Notes: generated by a model from the letters alone, not told the origin. 64,000 nt of DNA from Carcharhinus amblyrhynchos (GCA_965287045.1 OZ336903.1:1302001-1366000), one strand, 5' to 3'. Positions 24,101-39,100 are shown, numbered from the stretch's first letter. Made by a program: numbers and translations.

Positions 24101-27100
24101 ACTATCTGGTTGATGTTTAACTTCATTTTACCCGACATATTGAGTTTAAATTCACGCCACATACTTTTTGGATGCTGGCAACAGGACAGAAAATACACAG
24201 AAAGTATTAGACAAAGTCAGCAGGAGTGGCAATGAAGAAAGGTCATTGACACGCACTGTTGGACTTGTTTATCTCTCCAGCACTTCTGAGATATCCAACA
24301 TTTCTCTCTCTTTTGGTTACTCTAGAAATGAATTATTGTGTTTGTTTTCACTTCACTCAACATTTTTTTTTTAACATTCTGCATCAAATCATTTTTGGAC
24401 CATTGCCTTTTAGTACATTTTCTGAGCTACTTCGTTTATTTTGCACTCCACTGTAATACGTAGAATTTCATTTCTTTCTCAACGTGTTTGAATTTGTCTG
24501 ATGCTTTTGTTGAGTTTCATTTATCAATCGTATGACTTTCACAGGAAGTGTGTTTACTTTCACTAGTAAATTGCTTCAGCACTTGTCTGACCACCAAAAT
24601 TTACTACCACTGTTAAAATGTGATGGTAAACCTTAAGTTATTGCAATAAATCATAAACATGTGATCTCAGTACCCATTTGTGTAGAACACCAGTTATAAT
24701 CTTCTTCCGCCTATAGAAACATTTACCCCATAAATTCGTAGATTACTACAGCAAACTGGTTCTAATTTTAAGTTTGCTCCATGATTCTGTACACACCTAG
24801 AAAACACTTATATATAGTGCAATTTACTGCTTATCTGATTAATTCTCCTTTGCGATGTATGTTTTAAGTGCATTCACTATCACAAAGTGTAAAAGCAGAA
24901 GACATTTTGGGTGCTGCACTATTTCACTGTAAATGACAACAAAGTAATAGAAACAAAACACATGGAAATTTTCTCAAGGGGTGAAATAGTGCTCAGGTCG
25001 ACCCTCAATAGAATATTGGCCATGGATGACAGTTCCTATGAAATGTCATATCACCGATAGTACAACACCTTCTCAGCACTGCAAATCGTGTCAGACTTGA
25101 TTCAGTGGACCGAGCTCTGGAATGGAACTTGGACCTGGAAACATCTGAGTCAGAGGCATGATTACCATGGACTAAAATGGAGCTGACCGGTATATTCTGT
25201 TCCCATTCATTTGTGTATGAGTTTGTTGTTTCACAAACGAATTTTGGACAACTGGAATGCATTTATGGTGTTAATCATAATTGTCCAGTTGCCATTTGTA
25301 CGATTTTCACGCTTTTATGATGTGAGAGATCCAGTAATGAAAGGTGTACTGATTGTTCTTTATAATTTATAATTTTTGACATGCAGATATTTTTTCCCTC
25401 ACTCTGTCGGAATTGGATTAATGTCCCTGCTAATAAATTTCAGCAGATTGATGTATACTTTCCAAAACACTCTCCTTTTCCCTTTCTGATCACGGTGTCA
25501 ATATTTGTTCTCCATCAGTAGTGTGGAATTACACTCCTTACTAATGATTCAGTGAAAAATTGGAATGGTCCCTCTGCTAGAATTTTCTTTGAAAATGCAT
25601 GGATGAAAAAAAAAATGATCTTAATGTGTTTGGTGCAAATGGCTCTTTTTTTTGTAAATCTACCATCACTATTTAAATCCTCTGCCGTCACATGTTTAAG
25701 TGTTATCATGATACAATCTGCAGAAAAAAAGTTTAATATTTCTGCCATTTCAACATTTTTGATTGCTATTAAAACAGTCCTTGTCGAAAGCACGTGAAGT
25801 ATCTCTGAATTGCCAAAATTATTTCTGCTTTCATTGTATACTGTATTATTTTATTTAACAACCTATGAATCACTGTTTTAATCGTCTTTGCCAACTTACC
25901 TAATTGTGTTCTCTCCCCTTCCCTGTTCGTCACCTCCCTTACCCTGGATTGCTGCCCACAAAATACAACACTTCCCCCCGCCACCTCCCCCAAACCCCAC
26001 CCTCTCCAAACGCGCTATCCTTTTTTCTTCCTGCTTTGCACGTGTTTGCATTGGTTTCTTTTTTTCTTGTTGTTCTATGAAAATATATGTTGTCCTTGCT
26101 TCGGCTGAAAGTCATTTTAAGACTTTCAATATAAGGGGAAAAAAAAACCTTATTGTACTCCAGGCATTTCTTCAGATAACACTGTTTCTGTAATTCAATA
26201 TCAGCAGTAATGTTATCAATTGATTTATGTTCAATCAAACAGTGTATCCATGATGATTTAAAACTGAACCTTGATGGTCGAAAGGAGTAGCCTATTTGGA
26301 ATTTGGAAACAACTAATCTGCTCGCTATTTTTACACAGGTGACAAAAAACCCTCTTCAACAGTAACGGAGAATGGAAATCTATTCAAACCTCTTAATCCT
26401 CTAAAACCTACTGATGCTTTGTGACAATTCTCCTTTCCATTTCAAGGATGAGGAAATCGTGTTATCAACCAATCAGTGCACTGACGGTTACGGGAGGGAA
26501 ACCTGAAGTTTTCAGTGTCCATTGAGTTTGAAATGAAATAAAAATACGAACCTGAGACACGGGAATGAGTGGAAACATTGCCAGGCGGAATGTCATCTAT
26601 TTCTTCATAAATGGCTTGGTTCAAACCAGAAGGTGGATCCCTGACGCCAGTCGAAGGTCCTGATGCAGGGGGATTGAGACTGTTAGTATATTGCTACATT
26701 TACAATGAGAAATATAGTTCCTCGATGGCACTGATTTCACATCTCACTATTTGCTGAGGCAAAAAAATGATGGTCTGGAGAGGTTCTCCTTGTTACTCTG
26801 GATCATGAATAAAGTGATGATATCACTGCCTCATCACAACGGGAACTGAATCATTTTCAGCCAATATAGTCACAAATAACATATCGGTCAAGAATACTCG
26901 GTGCGTGTTCAGATAGAGGCTGTAATTTTGTTTATCTCCTGAAAACTAGTGGTACACAAGGCAATATTTCACCAAATTCCTTAAACACGTTTTAATATCG
27001 AACAGATCGCCATCTTGCCAGCAGAACAAATATGAATCTATCCTTCCCCCACTGCCTGACATTATTGCCTTGGAAGTACTTTGCAGGAAGCCTGAAGTCT

Positions 27101-30100
27101 CAGGACCCAAAACTGAAGCTTCTGCCTCAGAAAGAGTGAAGCTACTCACTGTGCATCCAGTATTGAACCTGCAATTCTCCAGTTTTGGCTGTGCTGAGGT
27201 GCAGAATTTGCACCGATGGTTGGGGAAATTCATTTCAAATAGTGTCACATCGCATCTCAAAATGGATCGAATTCGGTTCAAGAGGTTAACACTGGACATA
27301 AATCGGGAAGCACAGGTTTGCAACAGATAGTAAATTGAACTGAAATATAAGTTGCCAAATATTTACTAGTCTCAAAGTGCAAAGTGTTTGAATTCTATTT
27401 TTTGGATTATTTTTAGAACAATGAAACGCATTTCGAGGCTCAAGAATGAGTGGATAAACCAGGAATAGAAATGTGGATAAATCCCTCACTTAAATTTTAT
27501 ATTTCTCTCTTTCTCAAGCAGCTTGGAAGAAAGCATTAGCTGGATAATTTGTTTCTTCTATGGACAGGAGACATTCCGCGGGAACCAACGTAGCCCTCGG
27601 GGCTTTGAAACAGTTATTGATGTTTCAGTGTAAGTTCAGGGATATGATTCGAGCCTTACCTTTCATTGTTGATCTCCTCCTCATTACTGCCAAAAGGGCG
27701 ATTAATTCACAGACCAACAAGACACCGAGTGATATGCAGATCACCAGAGGGATGGAAGTGTTTTCATCATCATGATCTAACGAAATATTCAAGAAAGTAT
27801 TTTCAGGTCAAGTTCCACATTGTTTCTTAATGCTTACATGATTATCAATTGACAAAACGAAGCCAATGTTAACATGTCCCAGTTATGCATCTTAACATAA
27901 AATTAACATGAGTAGTTAATACCATTTATTAATAAGAAATACTTGAAGGTGTTAGTGATAAATCCGGACCTGATGAAAATACGGGAAACAAGACACAATT
28001 ATTTGGAGTGATGGTTAGAAAGACATCTGAAAACATGATTCAAATTCAGGAAACAAGGACGGACCACCGTCACACAGTCCCAAACCACACCGCTCAGTGG
28101 GACACTTACCAGAACAAATCACACTGGCATCTTCCTTGTGATCACAGTCAGACTGAGCTAATGATGAAAAAGGACAGTCAAACAGAAAGGATTCACTTCC
28201 GGTGCATTTCACCTCATCCAGCCAGATAGTACCGTTACCCTGGACAAAGGCGGCCCCTCCTGTGGCCTCGAGAGCAGAGTCACAGCCCAGCTGTCTGCAG
28301 ACAACACTGGCATCGTTCATATCCCAGGAATCATCACACACCGTGCCCCAGGCTCCATTACACCATATCTCCACTCTCCCGGAGCAATTCGTGATACCCC
28401 CAGCCAAACGCACATTTTGTCCTAAATTGGTCAAAAAAAAATATCAGTCATGGCATAGCACAAATGACGAATCAAATGCATTTTGTAAATTAAGAATGTG
28501 AAATCACCTGATTCTGGTTTGCAGCCGTTGAGATTTTCCTGCTCTTGTTTCGGTTTATGTCCCCCTGTTGATAGGACAAACATGTTGACTCCATGAGCTA
28601 CACCAATATTTCAAATCACACCTGTAAGCAGAATGATTGATTGTGTCACCTGAACAAACGACACCTGCATCTTCCCAATGATCACAGTTGTGTTGACCCA
28701 CGGGTCTGCCTGGCACTGCCAAAGGGTCGACTCGTGTGAAAGGCATTCCATCTCATCCAACCAAATCGGTCCTGATCCTACTCCGAATGAACCAGCATAA
28801 TAGTCTATGGAAACGAGTGTGCCGCAATCTAACTGTTTACAGATCACTGCTGCATCATGCCGATCCAGTTTCTCCGAGCAAACTGTTCCCCATGTCCCAT
28901 TATAGAGCACCTCCACTCTCCCCTCACAGCGATGTGTTCCCTTCACCAAACGCAGCTCTTTGTGCTCTGTCAATGAGATATGAAATATCCAGTTGATTCA
29001 ATGATCAATTCTGTATTCAGAGTGCAATGTATCACATATGTTGTGTCAGTTAAATTCATTGTTTACCGGTATTAATTTACAACGGTCACAGAAAAAAAAT
29101 ACACAACTGAAATCAAACGATATAACCACGAGTAAGCAACATTGAATTTCAATCGAAATATTTGTGTGATGGGGAAAAAGAGGAGTTTTTATGCTAATTA
29201 GGGAGAGTTTGGTAAGTAGATCTCTGGATACATGTGACATAAAGGGTTAAAAATGCACTGACATAGGAAATGAATGACAAAGAGAAAGAAGGGGACACAT
29301 CAAGACAGAGTGGACCACTCATTTGTCAATATTTCAGTCCAGAACAAATAACACAAACAGGGTTTGGCCGAATGACCTTCGTAACCGCTGTTCACCTGCT
29401 ATTCAGGAATATATCTGACTTATGAAGTTTCATTAATAACTGCAGAAAATGGGATCATTACCAGAGCACATGATGTTCACATCTTCTTTATGATTACAGT
29501 CGTGTTTACCCCACAGTGCATGGGGACATTCCCAGAGAAATGATTCATTCCCAGTACATTGCAGCTCATCCAACCAAATTGGGTCTGTGTCTGGTCCAGT
29601 CGAAGTGGGAAGAGGAAGCTGCAATGCATTTCCACAACCCAACTGTTTGCAAACCACATCCGCGTCTTTCAGATCCCAGGAATCATCACAAACTGAGCCC
29701 CAGATCCCATTGTGATAGATCTCCAATCTCCCAGCACATCGGCTTCCACCACCAGAGAGCCTTAACTGCCTATGTCCTAATAGAAAATATACAGTGTCAT
29801 GTTATACTTTCAATGCATTAACCTCACTGCTAAATTGAAACTACTGGATAATATAGATCTAAATGTAAACCTATATGTTAGGTGGTGTTGACAGTTAAAT
29901 GAATCTATGCAGTAGGACACCTGTTCCATCTTACACAAAATAAGAAAGGTCGTGTATAAATATATATTTCAGGTATTCCTAACAACCTCTCTAACGTTTT
30001 ACGGATTGTATCTAACCCATTCTCAGTGGTATACTTTCCTTTCACACTTAAGAGTGTAATTCTGTTAATTAGCTGTTCCACAAACAATGTTTTAAGCAGC

Positions 30101-33100
30101 TATTTACACTTGTTTTTCAGTATTTTTTTTGCCATGCATTTTTCAACAGGTTTTTGTAGCTCACACTTATGTATTGGACTAATCAGAAAATGCTGCAAAT
30201 ATCAAATAGCTTAGCAGCATCAGAGGGCCACGAAATAGACGTAACCTTTCACATAGCGACCTGTGCTGGAAATTGCTGCTAAAATCTCCAGAAGCCCCCT
30301 TGTTTACTCAATGAATTCAACTTCAAAAGCATCTAAAAACGTGAATGCAATCAAAACATTTCTAAATAATCGTGCACCTTCTAGTTCAGCAGCAGGGACC
30401 CACCACTCGTACAGACCTGAACTCACTCCCACCCGCTCCCCTCCTACACCACCACCAGCCCTGACTCTTTGATCTTCATCGGATTCTCTTCAGTCAATAA
30501 ACAAAGCGTCAAAATATCATGGCCATTTTCAAAGACATCATTTCTCTCCACCACTGATCCTGCCCCAACAGATCAAGCCCACCAGCCCAAGCGTCCATGA
30601 TAACCAGCGCCAATGAATCCACTTAAGGGTTTCGATTTCCGTCACATCTGATACTTTTTTTTTGCAGCAAACCTTTCTACATCCTTGTTTAATGGTCATG
30701 ATATTAACGAAAGGGATACAGTATTGGAATTCCAGCTTCAAACCTCCACCTCCTCTCTGCTTTCTCCTTGTCTGTTGAAACCCACTCCTCTGATCAATAC
30801 ATTAGTCCCTCTTGCCGATTTAAACTTTATTTTTGTTGGTCTCAATTTACCGCCGGAAATTACCCAGAAATGAGCAAAATTGTTTAATGTGTCAAAATAG
30901 TTCAAACGAACTATGAGTTCACCCCCCCCACGCCCCCCCCCCCACCCCCCGATGACGTCCTGTTTTGCATAGCCGCGTCATTGTCGAACATCTCATCTAC
31001 GTTCTCCCCAGGGAAAAAAATGAATTATATTCCCCGTTGACCAAGATTATATTTTTCCCTTTTTCAGTTCTGGAAAAGTGACCTGTTTATTCACCTGAGC
31101 ACAGAACCCCTACGCCGATGCTGTCACTGCGATGCGGGTTCAATGTGAATGTGCTGCACTTCCGGAGATGCGATTCGTTTCCTTCACACCGGACATCATT
31201 CACCCACACAGGCCCTTCACCCTCTCCGTACTTTGAATTGGTATAGGCGGTTACCGCTTCGCCGCAGCCCAGCTGTCTACAGGTCACATTAGCGTCATTC
31301 AGATCCCAGAGGCTGTCCTGCACTCTGCCCCAGCTGTGGTTGGAGTAAATCTCCACTCGCCCATCACACCGACTTCCCCCATTCATCAATCTCAGTGACC
31401 AGTTTTCATCTAGGGATATAAAGACATGGAGAACGGTGGTTACAGTGCAGCAAATTATATCAAATTGATATTGCCTCCCACCAGAGCAGCTCCCTCGGTG
31501 CAGAGGTGAAGGATGTGGTGAGAGGCTGCTGAGCACAGTCAGACAGGAGGCTGAACACCCAGCGTGGCTGCTCTGAATCTGAAGCAAATATATTGATAGA
31601 CAGATGGATAGATAATGAATGCGTATGGACTTCGAGGATGGGCCAACATTTGGGCGGTCAAATATAGAAATATCCTCTTTAATCCCAGCACAACTTGTTT
31701 TCATTCCCTTGATTTAGGGACTCACCCGAGCAGATGACACTGGCGTCATTTCCATGTGAGCAGTTAAACTCTTCCACGGATGAAACCGGACACTCCCACA
31801 ACCAGGACTCGTTCCCGCGGCAGTTGTAGTTCTCCTTCCATATTGTCCCATTTCCCTTCCCAAAGGCTGCTCCTCTCGGGATTTTCTCTACCACTCCACA
31901 CTGAAGATGCTCACAGACCACACTGGCGTCTTCTGACTCAAAGTAAACATCACAGAGCGTCCCCCAGTGCTCTCCATGCCGCACTTCCACCCGGCCGGAG
32001 CACCTGTCCTTTCCACCAACCAATCTCGGCCCAGGGTTTTCTGTTTCAGGAATAAGCAAAGACCCAAATAATTTATACATCGAAATTTGCAGAACACACG
32101 CCAGTTTATTTTTGTTAACGGGAATACACACTTCATACTGGCATTCATAATCATTGCCCAATAACCATAAAAGATCACATCGAACTAATTAATACAATTT
32201 GTGATGCTTTTAGGAAGGCGCTTCAACCCAAACAGAGCAGTCCATGCTGAAGAGAAAAGCTAATGTGTCATTGGCAGTATATACTGTTTTTCGGCCAGAT
32301 CCAGTATCTATTTTAAATAAAATGCACTGTGTTTAAGCATTGCATTATGATGCGATTATTAAAAAATCTATATCTTCTGGAGCAATAAGCTGACCATAAA
32401 ATGGTAAGTGCACCTCTAAAATTAGTCAGAATCTCGGACCGGCTAATTCAGAAAATAAACGTCTTTCTAAAAATTACTGTGTTATTCTGGAGGGTCTGCC
32501 CGCCATTGACACGTTATCCATGCTTTGAAACCTCCTCTAGACATTAGTACATTGTTTTTTCCACCTGAACAGCTGCATGTAAATCGTACCCGTGCAATGC
32601 CTTTACTGAGCTCATTCAAGTCTATACTCACCGGAACAGATCACACTGACGTCGTTCCTGTGGGTGCACTCGGACCGATTTACACGAACAAGGGGACAGT
32701 CTCTCAGGCTTGTCTCGCTGCCATCACATTCAAATCTATCGTTCCATATAAGTCCAACGCCCTCCCCAAAATAAGCCCCTCTTCGAATAGAAACGACCAC
32801 ACCACACTGCAGCTCGGCACAGATCACTGTGGCGGTATTCCAATCCAAGTCACGGTCACACACTGTACCAGATTCTCTATCGTTATGGATCTCCAATCTG
32901 CCGGAGCATGGGACAGCTCCGGATACTAGTTTTGGAAATCTGTGGGCTGAACAACACGAAAACATTAAAAAAAATATTATTATCAAAATATATTTACACG
33001 CCGGTAATTAGATTATATCATGATTGGCTCTGAATGTTGTTCCCCTTAGTTACCCCCTTATCTAAAAGTGGAATTGTCGAGTCAAAAACGTGGGATACGA

Positions 33101-36100
33101 CCTGGATTAAATCCTCTGTCGGTGATACTCAACGGGCTGAATGCCCTTCTTCTGCAATAAGAAGTTCTATAACTAAAGATTTTTCATCAAGTTCAATAGG
33201 TGTCAACTGTTACTCTCTCCAGAAGCCGAATTCATTCTTACAGCGAGTCCCCTGGAACACTCTTCCCCCAACTCCCGATAAATTCAACCAACTGCTGGTT
33301 TATCTGAATAAATTCTGAGTACAACTGCCCCCTACCGCCTGTTGATGGGAAATATCACAAAGCGCAACAAGCGGACCTGAATCAATACATGGGATTATTT
33401 ACCCAGGGACGTTCTAACTGATCAGCATCAAACAAAATTCTATATTTGTTTTTCGGCGCTGAAACGTGTTGGGAATGAACGGTCTGAAAGGACTTCAACA
33501 AGAAATGAAACAGTGGATCCCGGAATGTCGAAATGGTGATTAGCAATCTATACTCGAGCTTTATTCAGCGTCTATGAGCACAGGTCACAAAATGTGAAGC
33601 CAGATGCAAAGCATAATCAAAAATCCTCCTGGAGTAATAGCATTTCTATTTTGAGGCTGGAACATGAAGGGGGAGAGTTTCTGCTTCAAGTTTCAGTAAC
33701 TTTGCTCGGTCTATAGCTGGAATGCGACAAACAATTTAGGGAACGGCAACCCTGTAAGGATCTCCTGTTCTGGAAACCAGTCCAGTGAGAGTCTCCCAGG
33801 CTACTGGTTACTGAGTCTAGACAACATCTCCTTCTATCAGTTTACACTGTGTGAAATCTGCCTGAAACTGCAGTAGCTTTAAATATTAAAACAACTAATC
33901 TCCATTCGTTTTATTCTGGAGAAAGTATCGACTGCCGCACATTTGTTTAAAATACAACCTCCTGAACAAATTGATCCAGCACAATTTATTCAAATACAAC
34001 AGAACACTCCACCAATAACATTTCTGATCTCTCTCCCTGACAGACTCCAAAGGTAAACTCCGTCCGAAAAAAAACAAGAGGGGAAATCATATAGGAACAT
34101 TTGGTATTCATCAGATTTAGGGAGTGAGAGGGAGATAAGTTTCCAAATAGTATCAAACATTTTGAGAAGAGGATTTACATGGCAGCTATTAAAACGACAC
34201 GCCTGGAAAGACAGGGGATACCCAGCCAGTCCCCTCTCACACAAAATCAGAACATGTTGGAGCAATTCAGCAGCTGTGGCGGAATTAGTGGCGAGGGAAG
34301 AATAGAGGGAAGTTTCCAGTCCGCATGACTCTCCTCCAGACCCTTCCCATCCTCACTCCGCCCTTGGAACACCTTCAATCTGTCCACTGATTGCTGCTCT
34401 GAAAGTAGCCGCAGTGACTGGATAAGCGCTCTATGGCCTCCGCAATCAATAGTCAGTAAATGTCAAACACATGGACCGAGACACCCGGATTTAATTCAGA
34501 GACAGCCCCAATTCTGACGGAGTGCCGAATGATCCGGACTCCGCTTAAATGTACCTCTGTACATAGCCAGCCGATCAAAACATGTCTGACCTTTTGAGTC
34601 TGCACAGGCAAGACCGGGACAGATTAGTCCGCCCGGGACTCTTTCTCGCTCTCCTCCCAGGTCTTTCCGTCCGCCATCTCCCCCTCCCCCCCGCCCCTCC
34701 CCGCCCCCGTGGTTGCTGACAGGTCCTTCTATGTCTCCAGGCGTGTGGTTGAGTCCGTTGAGACATTGGGGGAGGGGAAGTGCTGGAGAGCGCGAAGGGT
34801 TGGGAGATCGGGATGACTCTGACCGTATCTCTGGGGGTCGAAACACATTTTCATCTGAGGGGACAATTTCTGGACTCCGATGCAAGACATAGCACAAAAA
34901 AGGGCGACTTGGATTTAAGCTGAAATAAAGCTAACGGTGCGGACAGATGAAGATAAACGGTTGCTGGGCAGAAACCTAATTGTTGTCCAGGATTTGCTCT
35001 ATGTGGCCCTGGAATGATTCATTATTTGTTGAATGGTGATTGGAACTGAACAGTGAGGAACCAGGAGCGAACAACTCCTCTCCTGAACACAGCTAACAGC
35101 AAGAGCTCAGCTCAAGGACACAGCGGGCCTGTGCACGGTTGTGGTAATTGTTAATCACTCTCACTGCTGTTACTTTATTATAAACTTAAATCCGGGTGTT
35201 AATGTATCAACACTTCTATTTACAGAATATTGAAATTATTCACCATTCTCCTTGCGACTGTGGGCAGTCTCAGCATAATTGATCCGCCCTTTCCCAGACA
35301 GCAGGGTATAGATGATTGACAGATTTGTTTCTTTTACCTGAGCAAATCACGCCGGCATCATAGGAGTGCGAAACGCGACGATGACGCCATGTCACTGAGC
35401 GACATTCCCGCAGGGCGGTCTCGGTCCCTTCACACTCAACATCATACGTCACAATGGGTCGGGCTCCTCCCCCAAAGTGAGCCCCGCCTGGTGCAGAGAC
35501 CGCGGTTCCGCAGCCCAGCTCCCCACACACAACATCGGCTTCCCGCTGGTCCCAGTCCCTACCATACACAGTGCCCCACTGTCCCCTGTAGTGAATCTCC
35601 ACTCTCCCAGCGCACCGACTCTGCCCATTCGCCAGCCTCAGCTTCACCGACTCTGTAAAATACAGAAATAAACCAACAGTTATTGGCCAGCTGATGCAGC
35701 AGGTCAGAGAGGAATCAAGCCAAATAGGAAGTGTGTCTAAGATCTCAATAAACACGGGGATAACATGAAATAAAGAACGACGAACAAAGACACTGACAGC
35801 ACAGGAACAGGCCCTTCCGCCCTCCTTGCCTGTACCGACCTGACTAACCGACTGAACTAAAAAACCCTACCGCTCTGGGGACCATATTCCTCTATTCCCA
35901 CCCTATTTATTCACTTATCAAGACGCCCCTTAAACGTCAGTACGGTATCCGCTTCCACTCCCTCCCCCTGAGACATTACAAGTGGAAGCGGGAATATGGA
36001 TTGACAGTGGGAAACATCCGCAAATCAGTTAGAAGTTGGAAACATCATTCGGCTGCGTCAGGCAGGAGTGTGGATGGGTGCTTACTTGATTCAATCCGCA

Positions 36101-39100
36101 CAACTCAGGACTGTTATGGCCTGCGGTCCACCATACTGCCTGGACTAATATATTGGAATCCCAATCCGAGCATGGATTCGATATCTGCCACCAGTGTCAA
36201 ACCAGGTGTTTCACCCTGCTGCAACCGGCTGAATTGGACAGTCAGGGAGTCTCCAGACCTTCCCGGGGCTGAGATGCGGCGAGTTTTCGGCGGGACCCGA
36301 ATATACCGCTGGTCAAACGGCTCGACATTGCACTGCATTTCAGAGCTGGCTGGTAACTAGAGAAGTAAAAATTTATTTCCAAACGGCAGTGGGGAATCTT
36401 TGCCTCTCACCCTGCTCCTCGGGGATCTAATTTCTAAATTAGGGAGCAGAATTAAACATTTACGTGAAAACATTGCAAGAACATTTTCCTTCACAGCTGA
36501 CAGGCAGACATTGAACCGAATCATTGAATACAAAGATACTGAAATTTTCCCAGGGATTTATCATTCAGTTGGATGGATTAGTGCAGTGAAATATCAGATA
36601 TGAACTTGGAGGGCGATTACCTGATGGATCAGCCTGGCTGTTCCCTGGTCTGCCTGAAATGAAATTTTGAAAATTAGTCTTTGCTGGAACACGAGATGAA
36701 TGAAACTGCAAAAACCATACATCACAAAGTCAACACCGAGGATTTGTGTTATTCCTTCACTATACGATTTCCAAGCATTTGCTGTTGAAAAGATTTTTTT
36801 TCAAATTACCACACCCGTGATACTGTGGCCTATGAATATCCTGGTCTCATTCCATTTTTTGAATACGTTTTTAACCACGTGTAACCGTGTTCCCAAAGAG
36901 GGATATTTTGTGTCAGTCAAATCTCCAAATCCACTTTAGCCTCTAGTTTGCATAATAAAATCAACAGGGCAGCGATTCTTGTCTCCCGTTGGATTGCTGA
37001 AATTTATAACTTGATCCATAGAGTAACAATGATAAAGTTACTCGAATATCTCTGCACCACCGTCCACAATACGGACAGTGCGTCATTTATTTCCAATGCA
37101 GACAATCCTCAGCTACCCTTATTAACTCTTCACAAACAATATCGCACGACTTCCACTTATGTTGTTCTCATTGCCAGAATTGTGGGATAACATTTCAATA
37201 TTTACTCAAAATGTTGACAATTTCTATGGTCCAGCTGGAATCTCTGACCCTCTTCACCCATTCCGTCTGCCTATCTCTGGCTCCACTTTTCAGCGTTCAG
37301 TAATTCTCCCACTGAATCAGTGACCCATTTCAAAAATACAGAACAAGGAAAAGTACATCACGGAAGTAGACCCTTCGGTCCTTCAATCCCCTGTCCATCA
37401 TGGTGTCCATTTAAGCAAAAAAAAGTTGCGCTATTTCCGTCCCTATCCTTCTATTTCCTCCTTATTCTTGTTTCCATCCAGATGCCTCTTAAAATGTTTC
37501 TCATGTGCCTGCTTCCATCACCTCCTCTGGCAGCGCCTTGCAGGCACGCACTACTTTCTGCACTTTTCCCACACATCTTACTTTAAATTTCCCCTCTCAC
37601 CTTAAACCTGTGGCCCCTTTTCTTCCTGCAAAAGATCACTAATAACACTAACAAGCAATGAAATAGAAGGCGCTGGTCAGCAGCCTCATTTGCGATAAAA
37701 AAAAAACCGCCCTCACCTGAATCATTAGTGTACCGTGTAGATGATACACAACAACAAATGGCCAAGACTCATTCGGCAGTTCTTTCCAAACCCGCGATTT
37801 CTACCATCAAGAAATACGAGGACAGACCCACGACAACACCCTGAATTGTACATTCCCTTCTAAGCCGGACAACATGCTGAGTTCGGACGATATCGGGGTT
37901 GCTTCATCCTCGTGAGCGCTCAATCCCTACTGTCACTACGCTTGCACCAGTACATCATGTACTGCAGCCCGGCAGCAAAAAAGGCTCAGAGATCAATTTC
38001 TGAAGACATCTGGGTACAGATAATAAATGCTGCCACTGCCAGGGACACTGACTTCACAGAGGTAGCATAATAATAAAAAAAATACAAGGCCGTGGCTGAA
38101 TGTGGAATATTAACTTTATTTGAAAGAGATATAGAGACATGGGAAGTTTGGTACTGTAAAATGTAGGCCCATTTAAAGATCACAAAACGCCATTAGCACA
38201 AAGCAGTAAGGCGGCAAATATGTCTCCCCATGACTGAGTATTCGATCTGTTAATCATGTTTTATCTTAAACTAAGAGACACAACAAGTAACAAAGAAATG
38301 TCAGTATTACGAGTGGAATTAATTACAAAACATCGTATTTGTAGTTGAAAACCACCGTTAAACACTGGAACCGTTTAGTTGACAGCAGGAAGGACAGATT
38401 GCGACTCGCTCGTGGAACCATAACTTTGAAATGTATGGCCGTACCAAACGAACACTTGCCTGATATAAAATATTAGATTTAGAATATAAGCGGACACTTA
38501 GCAACTCTTTTCTAGACAGTGCTTATTTTTTTTCCACTGTGGTCTGAAAAATGGTTCAAAACATTTTACAAGTAACTGTTGGCTACGCCAATCTGGAATG
38601 GGTAACTTGTTTTCATAGCTCATTATTAACAATAGAAAGCACAATGGATATTGAGAGTGTCTGGGAAGAGGCTGACAAGTATCCAGTCATTGAAATAATA
38701 AACTGATGTTAATGTCTGGTCAGAAAGTTTTGTTTTGATTTCAAACGCTCATTTTTCCAAATGACAACCAGAAATACTCATGCTGCAAATTCGCAGAAGA
38801 AGTCGGATTTTTCACTTCCCTATTATTTCGCTGGTGCGAATGATATTAAATATATTGATTAATATGTCAGTTAAAGCAATGTTGGTCCCACTTCGATTTA
38901 ATATTTAACTTTTCAGTGTTTATAAACATGTCAATTTCTCCAACTCAAAATAATTTGTTTAACATATGACAGCTCACTGTACCACAGGACGAGCATACAG
39001 CTCCTCCACTGAGAAATATCTATCCCAAATCTGTGTACGCATTCTATTGAAAGGAACTAGAACTTTTACTGGGATTCTGCAAGCGGTTAATTCACGTAGC

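Noticed and set aside
25664-25717. Possible extra cytoplasmic exon ([18 protein letters not shown])
   Set aside because: Good acceptor and phase, but a weak donor and no motif or paralog support; not included in the gene model
37716-37767. Candidate SRCR leader exon ([16 protein letters not shown]) with a conserved donor
   Set aside because: No polypyrimidine acceptor and it lies within a LINE remnant; 36621-36653 is a much better exon 2
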